From a virus (Duplodnaviria; Caudoviricetes): 64,000 bases of DNA. The DNA lies in IMG/VR virus record IMGVR_UViG_3300037541_000451, positions 1 to 64,000 of that record; one strand, 5' to 3'. The notes below the pieces were generated by a model. That model was given only the letters and a program-made list of their open reading frames with translations. It ran no database searches and was not told the origin of the DNA. Made by a program: the position numbers and the translations under genes. Positions 17,246 to 27,834 of the stretch are shown one piece after another (the stretch's first letter is position 1; each line of letters starts with the position of its first letter).

Positions 17246-17548
17246 TTAGAATTCCAAAAGTTTTCCACTTTTAGAAGACATTAATTTATTTAATAAAGCC
17301 GAACCTGCTAGATTTGCACCAACTGTTTCGTTTTTCTTACTAAATACAGCAGACAAGCTAGGAAAGATTTCAGTAGGCGATCTTTTATCACCAAAAGTTT
17401 TCATTACGTATGCCGTACGTAAATCAGAACGCCATTCATAAGGTCTGTTCTCAAAATAGTTAACCCACTTTAAAAACTCGTCATACGGCATTTCTTGAGT
17501 GAGCTGATAGACAGGGATCCTCAACGAAAAAGCAATCTCATAAAGCAA
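17246..17548 (-). CDS. tail assembly chaperone, -1 frame extension (lambda T-like)
   Basis: In the -1 frame of the upstream ORF and open from the GGGAAAG site. Confidence 0.8.
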   Translation of the reverse strand: MLYEIAFSLRIPVYQLTQEMPYDEFLKWVNYFENRPYEWRSDLRTAYVMKTFGDKRSPTEIFPSLSAVFSKKNETVGANLAGSALLNKLMSSKSGKLLEF

Positions 17549-17568
17549 TTGCTCTTCCGTTGACAGAA

Positions 17569-17874
17569 TTACTTTCCCTGTTCAGCCACCATTCCTGAAA
17601 ACTTCATTACTTCCTGCGAAAGCTTCGTCAATTCATCCATCGGAAATGTTGAGAAATCTTCATCAGAAAGCTCTGATGCACCTACAACAGACAGCCTGAT
17701 AACTTTCTTAAGAATTTCAAAGCCAGAATCATCATCCTCTTTTACATTCTTTGCGTCAGCTTGAATCTGCAAGACTTCCGAAACTGTTAGCTTACAGATC
17801 TTAATGTCTTGACCCATAAACTTTACAGAGCGATCTATACGACGCCCAACTAAGCTTTTAATGCCTTCAGCCAT
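17569..17874 (-). CDS. tail assembly chaperone (lambda G-like)
   Basis: Between the major tail and tape measure genes; ends in CAG GGA AAG TAA. Confidence 0.85.
   Translation of the reverse strand: MAEGIKSLVGRRIDRSVKFMGQDIKICKLTVSEVLQIQADAKNVKEDDDSGFEILKKVIRLSVVGASELSDEDFSTFPMDELTKLSQEVMKFSGMVAEQGK
17572..17578 (-). promoter_or_regulatory. programmed -1 frameshift site GGGAAAG
   Basis: Same heptamer as lambda G/T; the -1 frame reads GKVILSTEEQLLYEIAF into the next ORF. Confidence 0.85.
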
Positions 17875-18108
17875 TTAAATATCCTTAAACTCTTCTGAAT
17901 TTTTAGCTTGAAAATCATCAAGCTGTTTACGCATTGTGTGCAAAAATGCTAAGGTCTTGAAAACTTCCTGTGACTTTTCAGGATTACCTTCGAATTCTGC
18001 AACACGCTCAAATGTTTTTCTTATACTAATATCTATGCTTTTTCGCATGTGTTTGGCAGTTGTCCTTAGGACATAGCCCATACTAAAAGGTTTTTCGATT
18101 GTTACCAT
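17875..18108 (-). CDS. hypothetical protein in the tail operon
   Basis: ORF track; SD AAAGGA. Confidence 0.7.
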   Translation of the reverse strand: MVTIEKPFSMGYVLRTTAKHMRKSIDISIRKTFERVAEFEGNPEKSQEVFKTLAFLHTMRKQLDDFQAKNSEEFKDI

Positions 18109-18122
18109 ATGATCCTTTAATT

Positions 18123-18207
18123 AAGGGACATCTCCGCACGGCTATTTCAGTTACTACGTGCTGGTGGGAGATTATTTAAGTATTCTTCACCAAGGAATAC
18201 TCCCTTA
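18123..18207 (-). ncRNA. candidate structured RNA (multi-stem with pseudoknot)
   Basis: Four stems plus a 5-bp loop-bulge complementarity; see findings. Confidence 0.4.
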
Positions 18208-18215
18208 TAAAGTTA

Positions 18216-18797
18216 TTAAGCTGGATCGCTCGTAAATGCCCCGTAAAAGTCAGTCTGAGTAGAAAGAGTTAAAGTAGCAGTAATAGCATCAGTCAACTGA
18301 GGATTAACTACGAGAGCTTCGATACGTCCAATCCAGAACCACTGAGAATTGGCAACAGCACCAAGGCCGGCGGCATTTGAGTTATATGTCGCAGGCTTGT
18401 CGTTTAAGAGAGTAAATCGGAAAGCATACTGAGTATTCTTACCGACTAAGTTACCTAAGTAGTTAGCTGCATCTCGCCACTCTGAAGGGACGTAGTTTAA
18501 TGTAATTTCAATCGTAGGCGCATCGGCCTGACCTTGCACTTGTACTGAGATGTCTTGACCATAAACAGGCACATTGACGATATTAGCAGGTGTACCCAGA
18601 GAAGGAAACTCTCGAACGTTTTTAATACGTCTGTATTCACCTGTTGCCGATGTTACAGCAGAGCCTAAAGCAAGCTCAGTGGTAAACAGAGCAGACCATG
18701 CTGTAAAATCCGCAGGAATGCTGGCAGAACTAACGCTTTCAACCGAAAACGCTAAATCAGAATAAACGCCAGCACTAATTGCCGCTAAGTGTGTCAT
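18216..18797 (-). CDS. major tail (tube) protein
   Basis: VREFPSLGTPANIVNVP, QGQADAP..EITLNY pattern; siphovirus tail-tube position. Confidence 0.85.
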   Translation of the reverse strand: MTHLAAISAGVYSDLAFSVESVSSASIPADFTAWSALFTTELALGSAVTSATGEYRRIKNVREFPSLGTPANIVNVPVYGQDISVQVQGQADAPTIEITLNYVPSEWRDAANYLGNLVGKNTQYAFRFTLLNDKPATYNSNAAGLGAVANSQWFWIGRIEALVVNPQLTDAITATLTLSTQTDFYGAFTSDPA

Positions 18798-19204
18798 TAC
18801 ATGACTCCATAGTAATTGAACGGTATACTGTAGACAGATCTGTATAATGCAGGATTTACAGCATCATTACCACGTGGCTGTAATGTACTGCTTAAAAACT
18901 GTGTTAAAGTACCTTCAACAGTTTTTATACTTTTACCTACAAGATACTGATCCAATTTGTCTGCAATAAGTGCTGTTCGTGCTGAACCATCACCTGCAGA
19001 TGTAAAAATATCTATGATTAATAATCCTGAAACTGATTGCAGATTTACGCTAGAATTTCCTGCAACCACTGAAATTCTTATAAACTCGTTTCCTTGATTT
19101 GTACTAGTAAAGTTAGCTGGAAAGGTCTTTATATTTTCAGCTTTCCATGCATTACTGCCAAATATCGAGTACACATCATCTTGTAAATTTTTAAATTTAC
19201 CCAT
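18797..19204 (-). CDS. tail terminator protein
   Basis: Position and GLLIIDIFTSAG pattern; likely start ATG 19204. Confidence 0.65.
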   Translation of the reverse strand: MGKFKNLQDDVYSIFGSNAWKAENIKTFPANFTSTNQGNEFIRISVVAGNSSVNLQSVSGLLIIDIFTSAGDGSARTALIADKLDQYLVGKSIKTVEGTLTQFLSSTLQPRGNDAVNPALYRSVYSIPFNYYGVM

Positions 19205-19205
19205 T

Positions 19206-19559
19206 TTAGGCCTCTGAGTATATTTCAAGAATTAAAATAAAACCATCATTCTTTTGTATTTGAGATATATTCCAAGTCTTAGATTCTAAAAGTACAGTTG
19301 AATAGCTATTTAAATCTCCAACATCTTTAGACTTTACTAACATCTTTTTATTGATCGTATTACGATCTTTTGAATTCTTTTTAGTAGATACTACTACACA
19401 TTTAGCAGAAACGTTTGCCGTGCTGCCAAAGCTTGTAGCACTAGTAGTAAAATTAAAATCAGGGTTAGTCTTTTTAACAAAAGTTACATCAACAGCTAAA
19501 TCTTTTAGATTTGTAAAAGATTTAACTAATACATTATCGATTAATGTTTTATAAGACAT
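19206..19559 (-). CDS. head-closure (stopper) protein
   Basis: Position after the adaptor; likely start ATG 19559 (TAATG overlap). Confidence 0.6.
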   Translation of the reverse strand: MSYKTLIDNVLVKSFTNLKDLAVDVTFVKKTNPDFNFTTSATSFGSTANVSAKCVVVSTKKNSKDRNTINKKMLVKSKDVGDLNSYSTVLLESKTWNISQIQKNDGFILILEIYSEA

Positions 19560-20038
19560 TAATTTGCTCTCCACCAAAGATTAGCACCGCTATTTACTCT
19601 GAGAGGGGCAATTAAATCACGAATAAATGATGGTATTTTATTAGCTGATAAGACGTTTGTTAGATTTACTTCGCCAATGGATATATTTTTTACAAGACCA
19701 GTGTCGTCTAGCAAGCCATCGTTATTTAACAGATGATAAGCTAACTCATAAGTTGCTGTTGAAATACGGCTCGGAATTACTGCACTGTTAAGTTCAACAG
19801 TTCTCCCGAGCCGAGGGTCAAAGTAACTTCCCAGTCGCGGAAACGCGAGTGTTTGAGAATCACTTACAGCAACTCCAATCCAACTTAAATTATCTAGCAT
19901 TGACGTGGCTGTGACAAGTGCTTGAGACTTTTGAGTGTCATTCGCAGAAGTCCACGCAGCTACGTCAATTCTGTCTAAAAAGTATGAATTAGCTTCTTTA
20001 AGAGTAACGTAGGAGTTGACTCCTTTGGTAAGTGCCAT
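19559..20038 (-). CDS. head-tail adaptor
   Basis: NSYVTLKEANSYF...QTLAFPR pattern; directly after the major capsid gene. Confidence 0.75.
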   Translation of the reverse strand: MALTKGVNSYVTLKEANSYFLDRIDVAAWTSANDTQKSQALVTATSMLDNLSWIGVAVSDSQTLAFPRLGSYFDPRLGRTVELNSAVIPSRISTATYELAYHLLNNDGLLDDTGLVKNISIGEVNLTNVLSANKIPSFIRDLIAPLRVNSGANLWWRAN

Positions 20039-20055
20039 AAGTGATCTCCATTAGA

Positions 20056-21243
20056 TTAGGAATGGAATACCGGCAGGATACCTAAGGAAAGCGCCGATGT
20101 AGCCTTACGAGCCCAAGTGCCGGAAGTAGATGCCAAGGTAGCTGATGCTACAGCGGTAAGAGCCTTTAAATCAGAACCTTCTTGGACCTTCAGATAGTCA
20201 GCGTCAGCAGGGAATGCATCTTGCGAACCAGACCAGTTGTAACCGGCGGGATGCAGCACATAGCCCCAACGATACCACACTGAAGTCGTACCACCACCCT
20301 TATAAGCAGCAGCCTTGCGCTCAATTTCGACAGAATCAGGAACCATGAGAGGCTCCATTGCGAGCGAACCCGGAAGAACAATGAAAGAAGTCTTTGTACC
20401 AACAATATCAACACCAGCACCAGTATTCAGCTTTGTGAGCTCAGCTGTGCTAAAACCTTGTGAAGCTCTTGTTTGAATAAGTCTAAACTTACCCTGGAAG
20501 ATGGTATTGAAAGTCACATTACCATCAACAACAGTGGTGCTATCAACAAGATTGGCTGAACGAAGTGAAGCAACAGTTTCCGGCGAGCAGATCAGATAGG
20601 CAAACTCAGGCTCATAGTCCTTGTAGGCCATGCCAAAGGCACGAAGGAAGCCTTCAGCTCGAGCAGCGCCTTGAACTGCAGCAGTAGCGTCGATAACAGG
20701 CTTGCTTGAGCCAAGATCCACATAGAAACCGTGACGACGGCTTGTAGGATCATTCTCAAAGCTCTGACCGCCAAGACCAGTTTGACCTGAACCAGCAGCG
20801 CAACCATTTAAGGCTTCAGAGATAGCAACACCGCGAAGCACCGAAAGGATGGCATTGTGCTCGTCTTGCGCACGTGTTTCACCGAAATCACGGCCAATCT
20901 TAGCTAAACCATCGACCTGGGTAACAACTTGCTGCATGTTAACCTTTGTCGCACCATGCGTACGCACGGTCTTGACATAATTAACGTACTCAGACGAATA
21001 AGTCGTACCAGCACCATCACTTGCATCTGTGAGAGACGCAACGTTGATCGTGGGATTCAAAGGCTTGTACCAACGAACCTGACCAACGAAGGTTTCGGTA
21101 GAAGTGTCGATAAGAGGATTGCTACCAACGATACCAGTGCCCGAAAGCTTCTTGGCAGTTGTGTAAGCTTCGTCAGAATAGGCGCTAATTGCTTCTTGTA
21201 AAACAAAATTGTCGGCACCTGCGACATTAGTACGAACTGTCAT
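20056..21243 (-). CDS. major capsid protein
   Basis: 395 aa, follows the scaffold, higher GC and biased codons; HK97-type pattern (YRWGYVLHPAGYNW). Confidence 0.85.
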   Translation of the reverse strand: MTVRTNVAGADNFVLQEAISAYSDEAYTTAKKLSGTGIVGSNPLIDTSTETFVGQVRWYKPLNPTINVASLTDASDGAGTTYSSEYVNYVKTVRTHGATKVNMQQVVTQVDGLAKIGRDFGETRAQDEHNAILSVLRGVAISEALNGCAAGSGQTGLGGQSFENDPTSRRHGFYVDLGSSKPVIDATAAVQGAARAEGFLRAFGMAYKDYEPEFAYLICSPETVASLRSANLVDSTTVVDGNVTFNTIFQGKFRLIQTRASQGFSTAELTKLNTGAGVDIVGTKTSFIVLPGSLAMEPLMVPDSVEIERKAAAYKGGGTTSVWYRWGYVLHPAGYNWSGSQDAFPADADYLKVQEGSDLKALTAVASATLASTSGTWARKATSALSLGILPVFHS

Positions 21244-21253
21244 TTATTTATTC

Positions 21254-21949
21254 CTAACGTTTGGCGAGTCTTCCTTCTCTCGCCATTTTTAAAACTTCGT
21301 CCTGTGGTAAAGAAAAGATAGATTTACCTTCTAGACCACTTGACACACTTTGATTAGGCTTAGCTGGGGAGCCACCAGAACCGCTTGAAATCTTTGGCTT
21401 TAAAAGAAATGCATTTTCTTCAGCTTCTGCAAACTGACGTACAAAATCTCTTAAAGACACGCCAGACTTGTGTCTCCAGATACCTTTGTCGTCTTGTGCG
21501 AGCTGTTCTACAATTTCACGATATGCCATATTAAAAGCATTATCATTTTTGAAGGTGTAGCTAGATAACGCACCACGAAGTTCCATGTCACGAGTCAGCT
21601 CAATAACACGTTTTTCGTATGCAGCCTTCTGTGCTCTTTCCTCAGCAAGCTGCATTTCTAAAGCTTCTTTGTGTTTACCTTCTTCCTGAAGGCGCTTTAC
21701 CTCTTCTTGCTTCCGAAAAGATTCAATTTCAGCTAACTTTTTTAAAGCTTCGTCACGAGCACCGTAAGCTTTTTCAAGCTTTACCTTAATATCTTTTACA
21801 GCGTCTTTGACCTTTTCATCTACAAGCTTCTTAATCGGTTCTGCAGTTTCATCAGCATTTAAATTTAGATTAGTCTCATTTTCAACTTTGGTTTCGGCAC
21901 TGCCACCTTCGTTGTTGTTACCATCCAAATTTGAATTTTCGCCACTCAT
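21254..21949 (-). CDS. capsid scaffolding protein
   Basis: Charged coiled coil with a GSGG-rich C-terminal linker; SD AAGGA before ATG 21949. Confidence 0.75.
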   Translation of the reverse strand: MSGENSNLDGNNNEGGSAETKVENETNLNLNADETAEPIKKLVDEKVKDAVKDIKVKLEKAYGARDEALKKLAEIESFRKQEEVKRLQEEGKHKEALEMQLAEERAQKAAYEKRVIELTRDMELRGALSSYTFKNDNAFNMAYREIVEQLAQDDKGIWRHKSGVSLRDFVRQFAEAEENAFLLKPKISSGSGGSPAKPNQSVSSGLEGKSIFSLPQDEVLKMAREGRLAKR

Positions 21950-22030
21950 TTTTAAATCCTTTGAGTACAACTCATTTAGTAGAAATACAATTTCTACCTA
22001 AAAAGGTTACACCAAGACGGTGTAGCACCT

Positions 22031-22049
22031 GGGTTAATTTAACGGGTTT
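22031..22049 (-). promoter_or_regulatory. 19-bp boundary motif, copy 2 of 4
   Basis: AAACCCGTTAAATTAACCC 3 nt after the RNAP stop, followed by hairpin TACACC/GGTGTA and a T run. Confidence 0.55.
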
Positions 22050-22052
22050 GAG

Positions 22053-25000
22053 TTAGCCGACTCCATACCAGCTAAAATCATTTGAAAAACCATCTGGTAT
22101 TTTCTTTAGGATATCATCTCTATTTAAAATATCAGATTCCTTAAGTACCTTTCCACCTACACGTGACTTTCCTGGAATAGGTATTAACCCTAACTCAATT
22201 GCTTCATTTAAATATTTATCATACAGTTCTTTCGAGAGGCCTCTCGCGCGCATTTCTTCTAGAGTTAAAACAATTACATTATTTTTAAGCATTTCAGCAT
22301 ATAGCTGTCTCAAGCCTTTTCTGGCTTCAACCATGTCAGATGCATTCGCGAAGAAAGCATCGTGAATAGTAGAAGTTGGAATTTTATTTTCTTTACCCCA
22401 TAAATGAAATCTTTTTACAATCACAGCATCATTAGAATGGTTTCCGTTAACGGCATAAGCTGTTCTAGCTTTACCTATATCAGCAATATCATTAATCTTT
22501 CCAGACTTATTTATAACTTGTTGCCACCAAGTTGCTTCTGTTTTCTGAGGTATTTGTAAGATATTTGTAGTCCAGTTTCCATATTTGTCCTTGTAAATTA
22601 GTTTTTCTTCGAATGTTTGTGTGAAGTTCTGCTCAATTGTTTTGCCATCAAAGTTTACCCAAGGTACATTAGTCCAACTCTTAGGTAGCTTGTTAGCATA
22701 TAGCACTTCAAATTCTGTAATAGTCTTTAATTCTAAAAACTCTGTTTTTAAATACTTAGCACCTACTCGTCTTGTTTCGGGAGTTTCTACACCATAAATG
22801 ATTTCACTAAGAGTCCCATTAGGCTTCCAAAAACCAAACCTTTTTAATATCTTTTCACTAAGTGGCTCACCAGCTTTTAAGCCAAAAAGTTTGCTAACAC
22901 TATCAGGTAAAACATAACCTTTCTTTTTGGTGCCTAAAAGCTTAATTTTGCTTATTGTTTTCCAATCAAAATCACTATTTGATGGTTTTGCATTGGCTAA
23001 ATAATCTTGTGCTAATCTACCGAAGTATCTGGTAAAATCCTTTAAAATTGGAACTTGTTCACCAAGATACTCACTCATTATTTTTGCGATAGCTTTGAAG
23101 TCCTCTGGAGTAATTACTTTATCATAAGATTTAGTCATTTTTTCAACAAAGTCACGAGTCTTAGGATCTAAGAAATAAAGTTGTTCTAAGATGTCATCTC
23201 CGGGGTCTAAACCTTTATTAAAGATATCTTTTACATTTTGTCTTAATTGCCGTAATTCTTCTGCTGTTTCTTCGTCAAACTTTTCGTATCTTGCTATTCT
23301 AGCAGATATTTCATTTAAAACTTGATCTCTTTCTGATGCTTTTACTACAAGAACATTTTCTTGTTTGTCAAGTATTTTTGCAAGTTTACCTTCAACATTT
23401 AATGCGCCTGTTCTTTCACCAGCGCCATAGAACGTCCATTAAAGATAGGAGTAGCCTTGATCACCACGTTTAATACGTTTAGTGATAGTAGAATGATTAA
23501 TGCCAAGCATTCTACCGGCTTCACGCGTTGATTCAAATATGCCAAACGGAGTGGAAACTGCTTTTCGTAAATGATGTGCGTTTCTTCCATCTGCCTCTTT
23601 ACCTTGAATTACTTCATCTTTCCAGTAATAACCTTTATGTAATATACTCTTGCTACCAGCTTTTCTAGAAATGACTGCTTTAACAACTTTATGTGCTTTT
23701 GCCGCAGCCGCAACAGTCGGGAATTCACCTAAAGGAGTAATTACAGCTCTTGCTAGTAATGAGTTATCACCACTAACAGCTTCTTTAGCTAATTGATACA
23801 TTAATGGTGATAGTTTAACGCCATCTCTAGAGCACATTGTTGCATATGCTACTTTTAAACCTTTTACTTCTGGGAAAGCTTTCATTAATAACCAATGAGC
23901 AAGTAAGTGACATCTCGCGTTCAGATAAATTAAGTTTGATGAATCGTCACCGCCATCCATACATTTTGGAATAATATGATGACGCTCATAATAACTTTTT
24001 AATGGCTTTAGTTGGAAGCCGTGTTTTTCAATTAAAGCCAAATAATGCTTTTCGTAATCCATTTTAACTCCTAATGTATATTACTATACAGATCAGACTA
24101 TATCTTACGTCGTCACCTTTTCAGGATAGTACGTCACCGCGCTTCGGAATTAGCATAATTCCTACGAACTTCATCATCTGGTCTAGATGGTATGTTCTAG
24201 TCGTTGCACCTTCAAAGGTATCCCTACCTAAGCTTGGCTCAGGATTGCCCTTTAAGAAGGGTTTCCCTGAATTCACGGTGTTTATACATGGCAACATTCT
24301 ACCATGTTTTGAGCTTTAGCAGCTTTTCGTAAATCTTTTTCCGAAAGTCCTAATTTTTGATTCAAAAGTCTAAATCTAGGATCGTTGTAAGTTGCAGCTG
24401 CGATTTCGTCGTAAAGTCTTTTCTTTTGATTGGTTGGAATGACATTTGACAGTTCCGCCAATTGTTTATTTCTAGTTGTTAAAGCAATAATCTGAGCACC
24501 AGATGAAGAAGCATCTTGCTCGAGTGCTAATGAAATATCATAATCTTTAAGTCTAGCAAGAGAGTTTCTGCTATAAGAGCCTTCCAGGTAATTATCAATT
24601 TTGGCAGTTTCTAGAGCTAATCTTAAGAATTTATTAAGATCTTCTCCATCGATTTTTTGAAAAATCTCTGATTCTAAAATAGCTCTAATGTCATTAGGCT
24701 TACTTTTAAGCATATGATTTCCAAGTTTTATCATTTCTGGACGCCATTTTGCTGCAATTTTTTGTCTTCCAGTTAAAGTCAATGAGTTATAGTTACCTTC
24801 AAAGTAATCACTTAGTCCACCTAAAAAAGATCCAATTTGATCTTGCAAATTATAAAAACCTTCTTCACTAAATTTACGTGAAATTTCAGTATTTAAAAAT
24901 GGTCTAAAAGTTTCACCTGATTGAGGACCAATTAAACCACGATCATATATTCTAGCCCGATGGTCTATAAACGGATGGTTGCTAAAAGCTTTATTTTCGG

Positions 25001-27545
25001 CTGTAAGCCACTCCATAGCTTTAATCCGTTCATATGAGTCACCTCTAGAAGCCATATATTTACGATATTCATTTAAGTCATTATACTTCTTAGCCTGACC
25101 TTTATCGTCCTCAAAATATAAAATCTTTTTTACAAAATTAAGATAATCTTTATCAATCTTATATTTACTTTTAGCTGCCCAATTTAAAGCCTCCACAAAG
25201 TCTTTATCAATAAATTCTTCTGGAAAATCACTGAAACTAGAAGTCGATGTTATTGGTATTCTAGTGTCTTCGTAACCTAAAATACCACGATCGATAAAAT
25301 ACGTTTTATAACCTTCTCTAAACACTAATCTATTTTTGTCTTCAGTTACAGAAACACGTAATCCTAATTCAACTTTTCTTACTAATTTAGCGTATTCTTG
25401 TATTCTTGGATCTACAATTCGAATATTATAAGATAATGTATCATAATATGGCCCAAAATAAGCACCACTCATCATACTTTTCATTCTTCTTTTTTGAACA
25501 CCAAAAGTTTCAATTTCAAAGAACTTTTTAACGTTCTTAGCCTCTAAAAGACTCATCCCTAGCTCGTACCATTTACGTCTATTACCATTTATATTAGCAA
25601 GATTATATAAATCACGTCCTAAAGCAACAGCAAATTGATCGCGATCTGGGCTATCAGCAAGGCTTAGCCTGTGAGCAAACTTTAAATAAAATTGTTGTAG
25701 ATCTCTGTCAGAGACTCTGTTTCGAATTATTAAAGGAATTTTGTAATCGAAAACATTGCGTAATTCATTAGCAATTCCAGGGGCTATTTTGTCTTCCCAT
25801 CTGTTTTTCTTTAAAATATTTTCAATAAATTCGTCATGTAATTCTTGCAGTTGAGTGCTTCCCAAAACAGGATCTATGTAATTATCTTGTAAAAGCTTTT
25901 TAAGAAAATCAGAGTCTTTTCGCAGCTGTGTTTCTACGAAATCAGAAACGTTCATAACATCAAACTTGATTTGGCCTTGAACAACTGCTTTAAAGTTAGA
26001 CCAAATTTGATTATTAGATCTGTATCTGCCAAAAATGATTCTTAAGTTATCAGCAACTACGGCACGTTCGTTTATACTCATACGATCTGCTAAAGATTCA
26101 ACAATATCTTTAATAAAGGCTTTATCTCTATCTAATAGTTTTTCACTTTCATCAATGAGTCTAATATTATTTGCTAAAACAGCTGGATTTGGTTGATACA
26201 AACGCACATCTTCGTATCTACCAGTTATAGGGTTAAATTTGAGTTGGTCCTCACGAGGAGGACTAGCTAGAACTCTATTTTTTACACCTCTTTTTACATT
26301 TAATAGAGTACCTCTATAGTTGGTCAAAGACAATGTTCCATTAAGCTCACCAGATTGTAATAAATAATAATCTATTAAGCGTTTCTTTAATTCATCATTT
26401 CCAATAAAATCATCCGGTGTTGATGCACCTAGCTGTAATGCATCTAACTTTTCTTTAGCTAAAGCAAACTTTTTAGTGTCATTTGGTAAGGTGTATCCAC
26501 TATCACTTAAAGCTCTGAGCTCCTTGATTCCAACAGATGCACCGTCTGGTGCTGTAAACCTATCTACAGTAAGCTCTCCGCTACGAAGGAGTTCAACCTT
26601 TTGATAATCACCAAGATGTTTTAATTGGATCTCTTTGGATTGTCTGCTTAACCATGTATTATAAGACTCTCTTAAAGGTGTCTGACCGTCATAATATACA
26701 ATCTGTTCTTTAGTCAAGTTTTCAATATTGCGTTTGCGGACTTGAGCTGCACCTTCTAATTTAGAGATATCATTCCAGTTCTTAAAAACAGGTATTGTTG
26801 TAGATCTACAATGAAAGTGCGCAGGTGGTAAGTGTTTTCTATCATCTATCGGATAAATATTTCCATCACGATGTGCACATAAAGGAGTGGTTCTAGAATC
26901 TAAAACAGCTACATATTGCCAGCCTTGTAAAGCTTTTTCGTTAGCTTTATAGACTTCTTGATCTGTTTGTGCAGTAACGGATGTAACTGCTGTTACAACT
27001 AAAGCTCTAGACTGAGATCTGGTAATGCTGTGAATATTATTCTTACGAACATCTAAAGCAATTTCATCAATTGTTTTATTATCTGCAATACCTTTTCTAA
27101 TTACTGCTTCTAGTCTCTTTCTTTCACTTTCACCAACTCCACCCCAACCTTGTAACAAAGTTCTATCGTTAAAAAGCGGTCTTTCTAAAACAATTTCTTC
27201 AGCAACTCTTTTGGCAGGTCGTTCTGCTCTCCAAATCTTACCCATAGATGTTTCTATGGTTTGATAGGTATAAGAGAGCTGATCTGATACTAAGTCTAGT
27301 AAAGATCTTTTTGAAATGCTATAAGCTTCTCTATAAGTTTTTTGTAGTTCTTGATCAATAGCTTCACGAAGTTTTTCAAAGCCTTTTTGAGATAAACTTG
27401 CTTCTCTTATTAGCTTATCCACTCTTACTTCGTGGCCGTCAATTACAAGTGATACTTTGTTATTTAATCTTTTTTCGTACAAGCGGATCATTGCCGCTCG
27501 ATCAATGGTTCTATCATATATGTCTGTATTCGCATTGTTAGCCAT
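22053..27545 (-). CDS. MuF/gp7 head-morphogenesis domain fused to a T7-like RNA polymerase; exons 27545-24301 and 23436-22053, 1542 aa after splicing
   Basis: MuF: WQYVAVLDSRTTPLC...PPAHFHCRST. RNAP: DHRARIY, motif A QDASSSGAQII, motif B RKAAKAQNMV|TFYG across the intron, motif C HSND...IHDAF. Confidence 0.9.
23437..24300 (-). mobile_element. group I intron (864 nt) in RNAP motif B
   Basis: 5' exon ends in U and pairs with the IGS (ACAUGGU/GCCAUGU); P10 AGAAUGUU/GACGUUCU; core strings AATTCAGGGAAAC, GGCAATCCTGAGCCAAG, GTGCAACGACTA, AAGATATAGTCT; terminal G; removal restores the frame. Confidence 0.9.
23439..24062 (-). CDS. intron-encoded HNH homing endonuclease
   Basis: ERHHIIPKCMDGGDDSSNL...H...H; two C-terminal NUMOD1-like repeats (TPLGEFPTV, TPFGIFEST). 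Confidence 0.88.
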   Translation of the reverse strand: MDYEKHYLALIEKHGFQLKPLKSYYERHHIIPKCMDGGDDSSNLIYLNARCHLLAHWLLMKAFPEVKGLKVAYATMCSRDGVKLSPLMYQLAKEAVSGDNSLLARAVITPLGEFPTVAAAAKAHKVVKAVISRKAGSKSILHKGYYWKDEVIQGKEADGRNAHHLRKAVSTPFGIFESTREAGRMLGINHSTITKRIKRGDQGYSYL

Positions 27546-27667
27546 CCATTGCTCCGTACGTGCGCGGAAAGGTACCGGCTAGGTACTAGGTTGGACCAGA
27601 GTGTCACGATTTTCGTGAGGGTATACCCCAGGGTATATCTTGACCCTCGCGTGGCACCTGCGCCCGC
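27546..27667 (-). repeat. GC-rich dispersed element B
   Basis: Fills the whole spacer upstream of the RNAP gene; shares its 5' end and TGGTCCAACCT with element A. Confidence 0.6.
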
Positions 27668-27820
27668 TTAACTTTGTTTATTTTCAGACGTTTTCTTTTT
27701 AACTCTTTTTGCAACATCTAAAGCAATAGCAACTGCTTGCTTTTGAGGTTTTCCTTCTTTCACAAGAGTGGATATGTTTTTAGATATTGATTTTTGAGTT
27801 TTCCCTTTAGATAAAGGCAT
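27668..27820 (-). CDS. small basic phage protein (50 aa)
   Basis: [34 protein letters not shown], a pattern common in phage head regions. Confidence 0.75.
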   Translation of the reverse strand: MPLSKGKTQKSISKNISTLVKEGKPQKQAVAIALDVAKRVKKKTSENKQS

Positions 27821-27834
27821 TAGCGCGCTTTCAA

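Noticed and set aside
18160-18167. Chi site GCTGGTGG
   Set aside because: A single copy noticed, explained by the RNA structure; host unknown.
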